64,000 nucleotides of DNA, taken from positions 62,001 to 126,000 of the forward strand of contig NIVC01000862.1 in NCBI GenBank assembly GCA_002269645.1, written 5' to 3'. Source of the stretch: Macrostomum lignano. Its lineage: Eukaryota. Under the pieces are notes generated by a model. That model saw only the letters and a program-made list of their open reading frames with translations. It was not told the origin of the DNA and did no database searches. Below, one piece after another: positions 1 through 12,800 of the stretch. The translations under genes were made by a program, and so were the position numbers. Position 1 is the first letter of the stretch. Each line of letters opens with the position of its first letter.

Positions 1-9
1 ATCAACGCA

Positions 10-1314
10 GTGGTCAAAAGTGCTGTCCTACGCGGTCTATCTCTAGAAGACTTCAAAACAGCTACCGGAAGTGACATGGACATCCAGGCTGCCATCACCG
101 GCATCAAGACGCAGCATTGGAACCAGCACAGCAGTACACAGCGAACCTTCAAAGGAATCGAGCACGAGCTATCAGAAAGCGACGGAGTTCTACTCCGCGG
201 TGACTTGATCGTCGTGCCTTCATCGCTGCGGCGGCAGGTCTTAGCACTGGCACACACTGGACATCTCAGCGCCGAGCGGACACTCCAGCGGCTGCAGACC
301 AAGGTGTGGTGGCCAGGAGTTCGAGCCGACTGCAAGGCATTCGTTCAAGCTTGTCTGCCATGTCAGGCCACATCCCACGCTACCCACCATGCGCCGCTGA
401 GGCCTACAAAGATCCCGGATGGGGTCTGGCTCCTGCTAGGAATGGACTTCTATGGGCCCATCCAAGGACAGATGCTTCTCGTCACGACGGACCTGTTTTC
501 TAAATATCCTGAAATCAACTACGTCAGCTCAACATCAGCAGCAACAGTTATTCCTCACATACGACAGCTCTTCGCCCGCCACGGGGTCCCGCTGGAGCTA
601 ATCACAGACAACGGGCCGCCTTTCAGCTCGCACGAGTTCCACGCTTTCCTGACCTCGTTCGGCGTCAAACACCGCCTCATCTGCCCGCTGCATCCTGAAG
701 CCAACGGTGCCACCGAACGCGTCAATCGCTCAGTGAACAAAGTTGTCAGAGCCGCTATCGCTGAAGGTCGCTGCTGGAAAGAGGCGCTGGATGAGTGGCT
801 CCTCGCATTCCGGGTGACGCCGCACAGAGCCACAGGCAAAGCGCCGGCTGAACTTCTGATGGGTCGCAGAGTTAACGACGTCATTCCATCGGTCAGAACA
901 TCACGGCGAGCCAGCTGGTCTACCAGTGACATCAAGAACCGGCACAACCGCTACAACGACAACATGAAGGCCGGCTTCGACAAGACCAAGCGGGTTCGAC
1001 AGCACAGCATCCGGCCGGGTGACCGAGTCCTTCGACGGCAGAACAAGTCCAAGCTGCACACCCCGTTCAAACTGGAACCCTGGGTGGTCGAGTCCGTCAA
1101 AGGCGACACATTCACTCTGCAACGGCAAGGACAGTCGTGCATGCGTCACCTGGTGCACATCCGGCCGGTTTCACAGCCGCTGCATCCGCCTGAAGCAGCG
1201 GCCGGCCAGCCGCCAGCCAGCGCGGGTCCCTCAGAAGCAGACGGCGGCGAGTCAATCGCAATGCGCAGACACCCGAGAAGAGCGCGAGACGCAGTGATTA
1301 ACTACAAACTGTGA
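10..1314 (+). CDS. Gypsy pol C-terminus: HHCC zinc finger plus rve integrase core
   Basis: H-x3-H...C-x2-C (AHTGH...CLPCQ); catalytic motifs DFYGP, ITDNGPPF and HPEANGATER; GPY/F-like C-terminal region. Confidence 0.93.
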   Translation: MVKSAVLRGLSLEDFKTATGSDMDIQAAITGIKTQHWNQHSSTQRTFKGIEHELSESDGVLLRGDLIVVPSSLRRQVLALAHTGHLSAERTLQRLQTKVWWPGVRADCKAFVQACLPCQATSHATHHAPLRPTKIPDGVWLLLGMDFYGPIQGQMLLVTTDLFSKYPEINYVSSTSAATVIPHIRQLFARHGVPLELITDNGPPFSSHEFHAFLTSFGVKHRLICPLHPEANGATERVNRSVNKVVRAAIAEGRCWKEALDEWLLAFRVTPHRATGKAPAELLMGRRVNDVIPSVRTSRRASWSTSDIKNRHNRYNDNMKAGFDKTKRVRQHSIRPGDRVLRRQNKSKLHTPFKLEPWVVESVKGDTFTLQRQGQSCMRHLVHIRPVSQPLHPPEAAAGQPPASAGPSEADGGESIAMRRHPRRARDAVINYKL

Positions 1315-1330
1315 TTTAAAAGGAACTGAC

Positions 1331-1829
1331 TGTCTAATATCATTAACTGTCGCCGCTGCCAATCGTTTTTTTGCGAATTCGTAGTCAGTTCAATATTTTT
1401 GTTTTAATGTCCCCATTACAAATATCTCTTTTTGTCTCAACGCGTCCCACGACTAATATTCGCGCATTTTGTAATACTATGCGTTTGCTACATTTTTACT
1501 ATCCACAGATTTTTTTCGCTCGTACTTACTTCGGCATTGCAATTTTTCGAATTTCTCTTTTGTCGTTCAAGCAGAAACTGCGTTTCTTTTCCGTTTGGGG
1601 AGAAATGTGGGGCAGTGTACATCTGCCTCCCTCTCTCTCTCCCTCGCTCACTTGGTCCAGCGCTATCACTGCCCCGTACAAGTACGTACAGCCAACCACT
1701 CACTTCAATAATTGACTTATTACGCAATTACTCATAGCCAAATATAAGTCGGCCCTGCTAAGTGCAAGCGGCCCTTAAGTTATTCTTCATGCCTGCCTAG
1801 CACCATATCGCGGCATTAACTTTTCTACA
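1331..1829 (+). repeat. Putative 3' LTR
   Basis: Starts TGT after the PPT and ends TACA exactly where homology to the paralogous intron resumes. The 5' LTR lies outside the window, so this is unconfirmed. Confidence 0.6.
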
Positions 1830-2027
1830 TTAAGCATTTGGTTCCATCTTTCAGTGACTCAGAAAGACTTTCCTTGATTTTATCGCAATTACAACGCGTA
1901 TTTGGTATATAATATTCAAAACCAACAAAATCTTAAGTTATGTTCAAACAGTGATTTGGTGTGACCTGTGACTATTTTTGTGCGTAATAAACTCCGCTAA
2001 TTTGTCCATAAACTCTAAAAACATCAG

Positions 2028-4548
2028 ACTGTTCTTCAATGCTATGCGGACAGTACGCTTTCTGCACAGTAGCACCGGGGTCCTACAACTGCACCTGCAT
2101 CGATGGATTTCAAGGCAACGGGACAGATAATTGCACCGGTAAATGAGAAATGCGGTTACTTGTAACTTCGCTTATGCTTGTATGAAATCGGTCATACCCT
2201 GTATTTAATTAAAGATGTCAACGAGTGTCTCAGCAGCTCCAAATGCGATGCCAATGCCGACTGCATCAACCTGATCGGCTCATTTGATTGCATTTGCAAG
2301 CCGGGTTACTATGGCAACGGGACTGTCTGTTATCGTGAGTTGACATGATATCTTCGTATTATAACTTGACTGAAGTCGCTCCAAGTTGTCTCAATCCCGG
2401 ATGTATTTTGCAGCTCAGATGCTCCTACCGACAGTAAATGCAACCAATATCTCGGACTATGACATTGTGCACGCATCAGATGGCGTTCCATTTCTGATTG
2501 GAAGTCACGAAAGTTCGTTTTTTCGAGTGGGTCCATCTGAATTTGCGTACAGATTTTAAATGTATCTGCGAATTAACAGTGCTTCTTAGAGCTTGGGAGA
2601 AAGTACTCTTAACTCAAATCAGTCCTTTGTTGCGCTTAAAGACTTATTCATTACCTTGAAATGGAAAAATATCAACAGGTCATTGACTACGGAGCAGTGA
2701 GTTTCTCTGCTTGTCATCTGTGGTATTACCCAGACAGTGACATCGTGGTCAGGGCCAACTGTACTGGAGCCGTCGTGGCGCCTTACTGGTTCGATAATTC
2801 TCGTACCTACGGCAGTTGGACTCCAAAGGTGTACTACGAGCTGCTGAATTCGAGGAACCACAGCTCCTGGTCGAACTGGCGCGCGGTCAAGCAGATCATT
2901 GAGCAGGAAATTCGATCTGAGTTCAACCCTCTGACGGCGCTCATCGTGACTTGGCGCATTCTGACGCCGTCACTGCCGTCACAGAGCTATTGGAATCGAT
3001 TCAACTGCGTCAGAAACTGTAGTTCTAGGCCTTGGAACGAGACGAACGGCTACATCGACCTCTGCCGGGGCCTGTGTTCTCGAGCCGAGGCAAATGCTGT
3101 AAGTGGAGAATCTCTTTGAAGTGACAGTTCTCTTGCCAATGACCATAATCTGCACTTCTTGCTGGCAATGACCTGCAGATGCAAATAAATACGAGTAACC
3201 TACTTACTAAAGCCGACACTGGCCGCATGGGTTAGTAACGCATACTATAGGATTCTAGCAACTTAAATGATAAACCGCGGCATCAAACAATTTCTAAAAT
3301 GATTGTAAGGAAAAAATACTAAAAACTAATTGCACTTTTTATGCACTTTTTAGTTGCTTTGCGAAAGCAATTAGGTATCATATTTAAATTAGATTTATTT
3401 CATTAGGATCTGACGATAGCCGGAAATGCTAAGTCCAACCGAAGCAACTACGAGCTAGTTACGATTTTTTTCGTCTTTAGACATCTGATCGCAAACCAAG
3501 CTTTTCAGCTCTTCCTCCTACAACCGCTCACTACGCGGAATTTCAGAGCATCGAGTTCCAAGCAGTTGTAACGCGCAACGAGACTCACTCATACGCCATT
3601 TTCAACTTCGGCGATTTCCACTCGCCTGTGCCGAGAATCTTCAACTTGAGCTCTCAAAAGTGGGACCTAAAGGCATTCTCAGGATTCACGGATATTATAT
3701 TCGTTCAAAAGCAGCTGCCGTTCAGCCTGCGCCCAGACTGGCCCGAGCTGCCCAACCTGAGTCCTGGAAGTTCGGGAAGACCCGGACGTCACGTGCTGCA
3801 GCTCAGCATCGGGCACGGGGGTGCACCTGAGTGCGGCAGTTGGATCGCAGCCGCCAGAGCCAACCAGAGCAGCTCTGACTTTCCAGGCTGCTCCGACTGT
3901 CCCTTCGATTTTCGCACGGCAGTCCTTGACAGGCGGTTCAGTCCGTACGAGCTTGAGTGCTCTGGTGGCAGCATCCGGATGTGCTTCCGCAAAAGCAGCT
4001 ACCAGTGCGCTCAGAGCTTCACAGGAAGCAGTGCGAGCGGTTGTAAGCCGGAAAATTCCTGGAGATGCATAAGCTACTGCCGTCACCTGGTGTCGACCAG
4101 GTGCTGCTACAGAATGTCATCGGCAGCTGCTGGAAGCGAAATCAGTCAGCTGTGCCGTAATAGTCATGCCGTCGGCTTTGTGGGAGATGTTATGCGACGG
4201 ATTATGTCCAACATGCGATCCAGTGAGTCAGAACATGAGCATTGAAGAGTTGAATAACCTGATAACCTGTTAACCTGATAGCAAAATATAATTGTTTTAA
4301 TCCATGGAATTAAAAAGCAGCATTTTTTGCAGCTGGCCCCCTCATCAGCAGCAGCTCAGATGGTGCCGGACACGCAATGTACTTCTATCGGCGCAGCACG
4401 AATGATAGTCTTTTTTTTGGCTTCTGGTCTCTACAGTATCAAAATGAATTGAACGGTCTAAGAGTCTGCTCATCGGCCGGAATGATCTCCGCTTATTCGG
4501 CAGTAAGACCCATGTGCACCAGCCAGCACTACCAGCCACCAGCCGGAA
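2028..4548 (+). CDS. Module A of MUC4/SUSD2/Mesh-like gene: EGF, cbEGF, NIDO, AMOP exons (no VWD of its own)
   Basis: Inferred GT-AG exons 2028-2138, 2215-2334 (DVNEC...CKPGYYGNGTVC), 2414-2526, 2679-3098 (AVVAPYWFD), 3481-4222 (FQAVVTRNETHSYAIFN; CPFDFRTAVLDRRF; RCCY), 4333-4548 (RPMCTSQHYQPP). Splice phases are consistent throughout. Confidence 0.8.
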
Positions 4549-4750
4549 GTAAGTGCCTTTTCTGCTTGATCTGTTGCTCTTACTATCATGTTTGAGTACT
4601 TTAATAACTTATTTACTCTTGGCTGCTATGTGGCGGCTCAACAGCTTTAGATCATTTAACGTAGCAAACGTTGACATAAAGTTCTTGATACTCTGGTCAC
4701 TTAATTGAATTGTTTTAGCTGCAGTGTTGGTTTTAAATCCTCCTCCTGCC

Positions 4751-6642
4751 TAACCAGAATCCATAATTTGTCTGTTCCCGACTTCTTGGTAAGCAGTGCT
4801 TACCATAGATATTTTCTGGCATAGCATGTCACTTCCATTCCTGCCGGCTAGGCATACTGATCTAGCTTGGCTCAAACTGACGCGCTAGACGGGAAGGAAA
4901 TGAACAGCACTACTGCTTTAGCCAATAAAACAGTTTCACTTGCTGCCTGCTTGGTATGCGCTGCTTACCATAGAAATCTGTGCTCAGACAGCAAGTCCCC
5001 TTTTTAGTAAAACTAGCTTTTTTTACAGTAACACTCTTACCATCTTGTTTGTTAGCCTTTTCTCGCTAAATTTGACACAGTATTTACTCACTGATATCCT
5101 AAAGTACATGGCTTCTGCCTCTGAGATCGACTACATGACCTCTGACAGTGAAGCAAGCCTCGACTCCTACTTAACAATAGACGAGGAGCCTGGCGAGGAG
5201 GTTGGCGAAGAAGCACTGGATGGCAATCCTCCAACCATAGAAGGGCCTGACGGCAAGGAAGAACAGGAGTTTGCAGATGGCGATGCTGCTGAAGTTGAGA
5301 ATGTTTGGCGACTTGTCGAGCCTGGGTCCGATGAAGGGACAGAATGTTTTGAATTTACCGGAACTGCTGGCCTCAATTGACACCTGGTTTACATCATACA
5401 GGTTGTCCCAGTTCCTTATCGACCATTCAACGTTCTTGACGGGCACCGTGAGGCCAGACCGAGGAGTTCCGGCTCAGCTTCGGCAGGCTTTAGTGGTTCC
5501 GAATAATGTAGCTTTTGCGAGGAAGGGACGTGTTTTGATTGTGAAGGCTGTCGAGAGAAAGCAGAGTGGAGTCAGGACCTTGTATTTGCTGGACACGAAG
5601 GACGTTGCGTCAAAGGCAGAGAAAGTCAAGATCAATCGAGCTGGTCAGCATGTGGCAGTGCAGAAGAGCCGCAGTGTGATAACTTACAATCGCTGCATGG
5701 ACACGCTGGACGGCACCCTGCAGCCGGCAGAAAAACAAAAAAATGGTTCCACAAGCTGGGTTTGCATATGTGCCTTCAAATGGTGCGCAACGCTTGGGTT
5801 CTGTACTGCAAGTGTGGTGGCCAGAATACTTTTATCAGATACGAGCGTATCTCGAAGCCAGCATCCGTGATTTGATAGAGCGAACTGGAAATGGCAGGAA
5901 GCGACCGGCTTCCATGCTGCAAACAGTTGCAGTCCCTGAGCAGCATTTTCCGGAGAAAATCCCAGGTCGTCCTACCCAGCCCAGACCTACGAAAAGGTGC
6001 AGAATGTGCTACAGTTCTGCCAGTTCCCGGCGCACAGTTTATTTCTGCAGCCGATGTCCAAGATGCCCGGGACTTTGTTTGTTAGATTGCTTCCAACGCT
6101 GACATTCGCAGCGTTAAAGTACGAGCATCGGCAGAATGGACTCATTTTCCGCTAAAACTAAAGTTTTCATCCTTTCTGTTTACTGTTTTTGGCTCTTGTC
6201 TTTAGCTCATATTAGTTCCCAACTCTTGATAATTTATATTAGTTTCACTAGTTATAGTTTCTGTAGTGCACGAGCCGTACGCTCTGTATGCGCAGTAAGT
6301 TCGATCAGCCAGAATATTATCAGGTTTTCATTCTCGTTTTTGTTGTTTAACACTGTTATTAGTAAATTCGATTTCAAACTTTATTGAAGCCTCTTCGAAC
6401 AAAATGTGTGTTTTTGAACCAAAGCACAAAGGAACGTTACTGAGGAAACGATTAAGAATGTAGAATACAAAGCCTATAATTGTCAGAAAACAAGAAAACC
6501 TAGAATACTCATGGTAAGCAGTGCTTACCATATCCGGCAAGAACGGATACTACCAATTTAGCCATAGAATTTAATTTACTCTGGTCGGCAGAAAGTTGAG
6601 TTGGGCCATGGTAAGCACTGCTTACCATCAGTCTTCTCGTGG
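4751..6642 (+). mobile_element. Internally deleted piggyBac-like DNA transposon
   Basis: Right end ...CTCGTGG followed by TTAA (6643-6646). Sub-terminal palindrome TGGTAAGCA(G/C)TGCTTACCA at both ends. Transposase remnants inside. Left end imperfect (CTAACC rather than TTAACC), so the left boundary is approximate. Confidence 0.8.
5108..6102 (+). pseudogene. piggyBac (PGBD4-like) transposase remnant
   Basis: Acidic N-terminus (MASASEIDYMTSDSE...), DTWFTS...GTVRPDRGVP motif, YNRCMDTLD, and C-terminal Cys-rich domain (RCRMCY...CSRCPRCPGLC). Split over three frames by deletions. Confidence 0.85.
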
Positions 6643-6853
6643 TTAAGGACAAATATTAAGCATTTGGTTCCAACTGTCAGTGACTCAGAAAGACTTTCCT
6701 TGATTTTATCGCAATTACAACGCGTATTTGGTATATAATATTCAAAACCAGCAAAATCTTAAGTTATGTTCATACAGTGATTTGGCGTGACCTGTGACTA
6801 TTTTTGTGCGTAATAAACTCCGCTAATTTGTCCATAAACTCTAAAAACATCAG

Positions 6854-9800
6854 ACTGTTCTTCAATGCTATGCGGACAGTACGCTTTCTGCACAGTAGCA
6901 CCGGGGTCCTACAACTGCACCTGCATCGATGGATTTCAAGGCAACGGGACAGATAATTGCACCGGTAAATGAGAAATGCGGTTACTTGTAACTTCGCTTA
7001 TGCTTGTATGAAATCGGTCATACCCTGTATTTAATTAAAGATGTCAACGAGTGTCTCAGCAGCTCCAAATGCGATGCCAATGCCGACTGCATCAACCTGA
7101 TCGGCTCATTTGATTGCATTTGCAAGCCGGGTTACTATGGCAACGGGACTGTCTGTTATCGTGAGTTGACATGATATCTTCGTATTATAACTTGACTGAA
7201 GTCGCTCCAAGTTGTCTCAATCCCGGATGTATTTTGCAGCTCAGATGCTCCTACCGACAGTAAATGCAACCAATATCTCGGACTATGACATTGTGCACGC
7301 ATCAGATGGCGTTCCATTTCTGATTGGAAGTCACGAAAGTTCGTCTTTTCAAGTGAGTCCAGTTCCGCAACATCTGACATTGTGTACAGAGTTGAACTTT
7401 ACGAGCGTAACTTTGAATTAAAAGTTGCTTCTATGAGCTTAGGCAAAATCAGCTCACATTAACTCCATTATGCTTTGAATTTTTCTGTTCATCTAATGTT
7501 TAAAAAATCTCAACACCCAGGTCAGTAACTTCGGCGCCATCAGTTTCTCTGTGTATCTGAGGTATTTACCATACAACTCCATCACGGCCAAGATCAACTT
7601 TCCTGGAGCTGTCGTGGCGCCTTACTTGTTCGTTAAGCCTACTCCCCACTACTACCGAAGCGACTGGACTCCAAAGGTGTGCTACGAGCTGCTGAATTCA
7701 AGTAACCACAGCTCCAGCTCGAACTGGCGAGCGGTCAAGCAGATCATTGAGCAGGAGATTCGATCCGAGTTCAACCCTCTGACTGCGCTCATCGTCACTT
7801 GGCACATTCTGACGCCATCACTGCCGTGGCAGAGCTATCGGAATCGATTCGACTGCGTTTCGAAATGTTATTCTAACCAAACCTGGAACGAGACGAACGG
7901 CTACATCGACCTCTGCCGGGGCCTGTGTTCCCGAGCCGAGGCAAATGCTGTAAGTGGAAAAGTGTCTGCAAAATAGCAGAGCTCATTTTATCGACCATAA
8001 TTTACACTTTAATTCGCTTGCGATGACCTGCAGATTGAAAAATATCGTAGTTACTAAGGCCGGCCCTATTGGTTTGTAGCGCATCTCCGAGGATTCCTGC
8101 AACTCAAATGTTAAACCGGCATCAATAGACGCAGTTTTTAAGCAACTGGCACACGTGGTTTAGAATTTCAACTTTTAACTGAAGTTGCCATGAAAAAAGA
8201 GGGACACCAGAATATCAAAATGTTCTTTTTCTCGTCAAAAATCAACAGGTTTGCATGAACCTTTTAAATAATGGCTTTGTAACCGGTTCCCAGTGGCTGA
8301 TTAGCTCTTTAGGAGTTTAGGTGCAAGGGCTTATTAGATATTTCATGGCAAAGCCGAGAGTTATCTACTCGTAGCAAAATCAATTACGTCTAACAGTTGA
8401 ATTTTCTTTCTTTCAGGAAGATCTGCCACCCGGGAATGTAAAGACTTAGCAGTATCTGATAATTAAAATGAAAAAGAATGATGCGAGAATGTCAAAACGA
8501 AACAAGAAACTACGAATTTAGCGTTTGTAGATATTTTTATAATCTACGAGCGTAATCCCAAACCAGGCTTTTCAGCTCTTTCTCATACAGCTGCTTTCTG
8601 CATGCAATTTCAGAGCATCGAGTTCCAAGCAGTTGTAACGCGCAACGAGACTCACTCATACGCCATATTTAACTACGGTGACTTCCACCTGCCTGTGCCG
8701 AGAATCTTCAACCCGAGCTCTCAAATATGGGAGCTGAAGGCATTCTCAGGATTCACGGATAATTTATTCGTTCAAGAAGAGCTGTCATTGAGCCTGAGCC
8801 CGGACTGGCCCGAGCTGCCCAACCTGAGCCCCGGAAGTTCGGGAAGACCCGGACGTCACGTGCTCCAGCTCAGCATCGAGCAAAATGGTACATCTGAGTG
8901 CGGCAGTTGGATCGCAGCCGCCAGAGCCAACCAGAGCAGCTCTGTCTTTCCAGGCTGCTCCGACTGCCCTACTGATTTTCGCACGGCAGTCCTTGACAGG
9001 CGGTACAGTCCGTACGAGCTTGAGTGCTCCGGTGACAGCATCCGGATGTGCTTCAGCAACACCAGCTACCAGTGCGTTCAGAGCTTCACAGGCAGCAGTG
9101 CGAGCGGTTGTAAGCCGGAAAATTCCTGGAGATGCGAGCTTGAGAACTGCCGTCACCTGGTGTCGACTAGGTGCTGCTACAGAATGTCATCGACAGATGC
9201 TGGTAGCAAAATCAGTCAGCTGTGCCGTAGAAGTCAGTCCCTCGGGAAGGTGAGAGCTGTCCTGCGATGGATCATGTTCGACATGCCACCCAGTGAGTCA
9301 GAAATCAAGCATTGAAGAGTTGAATAAGTTGAAGCTGATTCAAACGTTATCAAGTTTTAGTTCACTAAATACAAACCAACATCATTTGCAGCTGGCCACC
9401 TCATCAGCAGAAGCTCAGACGGCGCCGGACACGTAAGGTACTTCTATCGGAACAGCACGAATGATAGCATTCAATTTGGTTTCGGGTCTCCACAGTATAA
9501 AAATGAATTGTACGGCCTAAAAGTCTGCTCAGCGGCCGGAATGATGGCCGCTTATTCTACCGTAAGACCCATGTGCACCAGCGAGAACTACCAGCCACCA
9601 CCACCAGGTAACTGCTTTGATTGAACTGAAGGTCTGAGTACACATTTTGAGTAGTTGAATAATTTATTCACTCTTGGCTGCTCCCTCACGGCTCAACTGC
9701 TTTTGGTCATTTTCAAGCATTGTAACCAACACCTTAAGCAATTAAGCATAAAAAACTTAAGCAACTAAGCACCAAACCAAAACCTGAGCAACTAAGCATC

Positions 9801-12800
9801 AAACCAAAACCTGAGCAACTGAGCATCAAACCAAAACCTGAGCAACTAAGCATCAAACCAAAACCTAAGCAACTAAGCATCAAACCAAAACCTGAGCAAC
9901 TAAGCATCAAACCAAAACCTGAGCAACTAAGCATCAAACCAAAACCTGAGCAACTAAGCATCAAACCAAAACCTGAGCAACTAAGCATCAAACCAAAACC
10001 TGAGCAACTAAGCATCAAACCAAAACCTGAGCAACTAAGCATCAAACCAAAACCTAAGCAACTAAGCATCAAACCAAAACCTGAGCAACTAAGCATCAAA
10101 CCAAAACCTGAGCAACTAAGCATCAAACCAAAACCTAAGCAACTAAGCATTAAACCGAAATCTTGAGCAACTAAGCATCAAACCAAAACCTCAGCAACTA
10201 AGCATCAAACCAAAACCTAAGCAACTAAGCATTAAACCGAAATCCTGAGCAACTAAGCATCAAACCAAAACCTGAGCAACTAAGCATCAAACCAAAACCT
10301 GAGCAACTAAGCATCAAACCAAAATCCTGAGCAACTAAGCATCAAACCAAAATCCTGAGCAACTAAGCATCAAACCAAAATCCTGAGCAACTAAGCATCA
10401 AACCAAAATCCTGAGCAACTAAGCATCAAACCAAAACCTAACCAACTAAGCACCAAACCAAAAAACCAACTTCCGATCTCCAGCCTTCAACCGAGGCGAC
10501 CCTCACCTAAGCACGCTCTCGAACCGCACCTACACATTCAACGGTCACTGCGAGTACCACCTGCTCACCAGCGAGCGGTGGCTGGACTCACCGACGCTGC
10601 GGCTGCAAGCGCGCACCGCGCCAGTCAGCGGTGGAGGCGCCACGGCCTTCGTCGGCGTCGCGCTGAAGTCCGGCCTCAACGAGCTGGCCGTGTCGGTGAT
10701 GCGCAACGAAAGCTCCGACGACCTCGACGTCTTCAGCAGCGACGGACGTCGGATCGGCAGCGTCAGGGGCGAGCTGGCGGCGCTGAGCAACGCGACCAGA
10801 CTGGACAGCTACCGGCTGGAGGTCCCCGACAACAGCACCATCGACATTGTCGACGAGTCTACCGGCGTCAGTGTCACCGTTACCATGGAGACGAGCTCGC
10901 TCAGAGTCGGCGTTCAACTGGACTTAGAAGGAAAATACCCGAGCGGACTGGACGGGTTGCTAGGCAACAGCAATGCGAGCGGATTCAGACTGAGAAACGG
11001 CAGCGTCCTGCCAGCTAACAGCTCCGAGAGGCAGCTGTTTGAGTTCGGGAACAGCTGGAGACTCAACAGCTCAGAGCCGAGCTACCTGCACTACCCGGCT
11101 GGCAAGGGCCGAGCTGACTTCTGCGATCCCAGCTTCGAGCCGGCCTTTGCCGAGGACTTCAAGGACAACATGCTGGCGCTGTTCGGCGGGAACGCGGGGC
11201 TCAAGAACGCTTCGGAAGAGGTGAGTAGAGAGGATGGGTAGAAGTTAAGAAGTCCCAATGTGAAACTAGAGTACCTGGAAGGAAGTGACAACAAAATGAC
11301 ATTGAATGTGACCTGGTGTAGATTCATAAGGTCCGCTGACCCTTGAAAGGAAAGGTTCCTGTGAGACGGTCATGATCCCATTCTGCTAACGAACTAAAAA
11401 ATTTTAATTCGGTAAAATAGCGCTGAAATCTCGACCTTCGTGAGATGGCTCTTCGATTTCCTGAACAAATGAATAGGTGACCCAATCGAGAAGCACCCTT
11501 GATACCCTCCTTAATAAGGAAGTTGAAAGTTGTTGCATTTCAGGCTAAACATCGTGCATGGATCCCTCACTGCTGTCGCTCTGCCCTGGCAGGTGTGCCG
11601 CAGCTCCGGCTCCTCCTACCTCACCTGCATGTTCGACGCCGCTCAGCTTCGCTCGGTCGCAGCCGCTCAAGACGCGGCCGTCGCCATTCGAGACGAGACT
11701 CGAACCCGGGTCGTCCTGGCCAACCGACCACCGCAGTTCGTGAGCGCCCCGAGCCAGCTGCGAGTGAACGGCAGCAACAGCGTCGGTGTCACCTTCTCCG
11801 TGACGGATCCCGACGGCGCCTCACCGAATGTCACCGTGCTGGAGGCCGTCGGGGGGACCGCGAAGCTAGAGGCTGGGACCAGCAGCAGCTGGCAGCTCGT
11901 GTGGCAGCCCGTCGACAACTGGCAAGGCGACATCAAACTGCAGCTGGTGGCGGTGGACGAGGTCGGAGCCGTCACGGTGTGGACTCCCAGGATTGTGGTG
12001 TGCGACTGCGGGAGCAGGGGCAGCTGCTGCCCTGACTGCGGCATTGCTGACGACACGGGTGAGTAGCTGACTGACTGACTGACTGACTGACTGACTGACT
12101 GACTGACTGACTGACTGACTGACTGACTGACTGACTGACTGACTGACTGACTGACTGACTGACTGACTGACTGACTGACTGACTGACTGACTGACTGACT
12201 GACTGACTGACTGACTGACTGACTGACTGACTGACTGACTGACTGACTGACTGACTGACTGACTGACTGACTGACTGACTGACTGACTGACTGACTGACT
12301 GACTGACTGACTGACTGACTGACTGACTGACTGACTGACTGACTGACTGACTGACTGACTGACTGACTGACTGACTGACTGACTGACTGACTGACTGACT
12401 GACTGACTGACTGACTGACTGACTGACTGACTGACTGACTGACTGACTGACTGACTGACTGACTGACTGACTGACTGACTGACTGACTGACTGACTGACT
12501 GACTGACTGACTGACTGACTGACTGACTGACTGACTGACTGACTCACTGACTCACTGACTCACCCCCTCACCCGTAACCATTGCAGCTTACTATCACCGT
12601 GAAGAGTGCAAGTGCGATCTGGGATTCACGGGACCCCAGTGCGAGCAGGCAGTGAAAATCTGTCTGACATCTGACTGCCAGGAGCCGCAGGGTGAGCAGC
12701 TGCTCAGTAATTTACCAGATTGCAAGTTGTTCGAGAAACTAAACAAATTATTTTCCTAAACTCTCCGCTTCAGACAAAGGGGATGAAGAGGATGGCAGAG

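Larger units (their letters stand above)
1..1829 (+). mobile_element. Ty3/Gypsy LTR retrotransposon, 3' part (integrase, polypurine tract, 3' LTR); truncated by window start
   Basis: Integrase ORF to 1314, purine tract TTTAAAAGGAAC right after the stop, then a ~500-bp TGT...ACA segment. Host sequence resumes at 1830 (TTAAGCATTTGG, matching the uninterrupted copy at ~6656). Confidence 0.85.

Noticed and set aside
11499-12035. 178-aa Arg-rich ORF overlapping the post-VWD exon (also 44243-44779)
   Set aside because: Off-frame reading. The phase-0 acceptor at 11592 selects the frame giving EEVC...CMFD and the cadherin-like motif.
11972-12547. (SQSV)n ORF, also 44811-45008
   Set aside because: Translation of an intronic GACT microsatellite.
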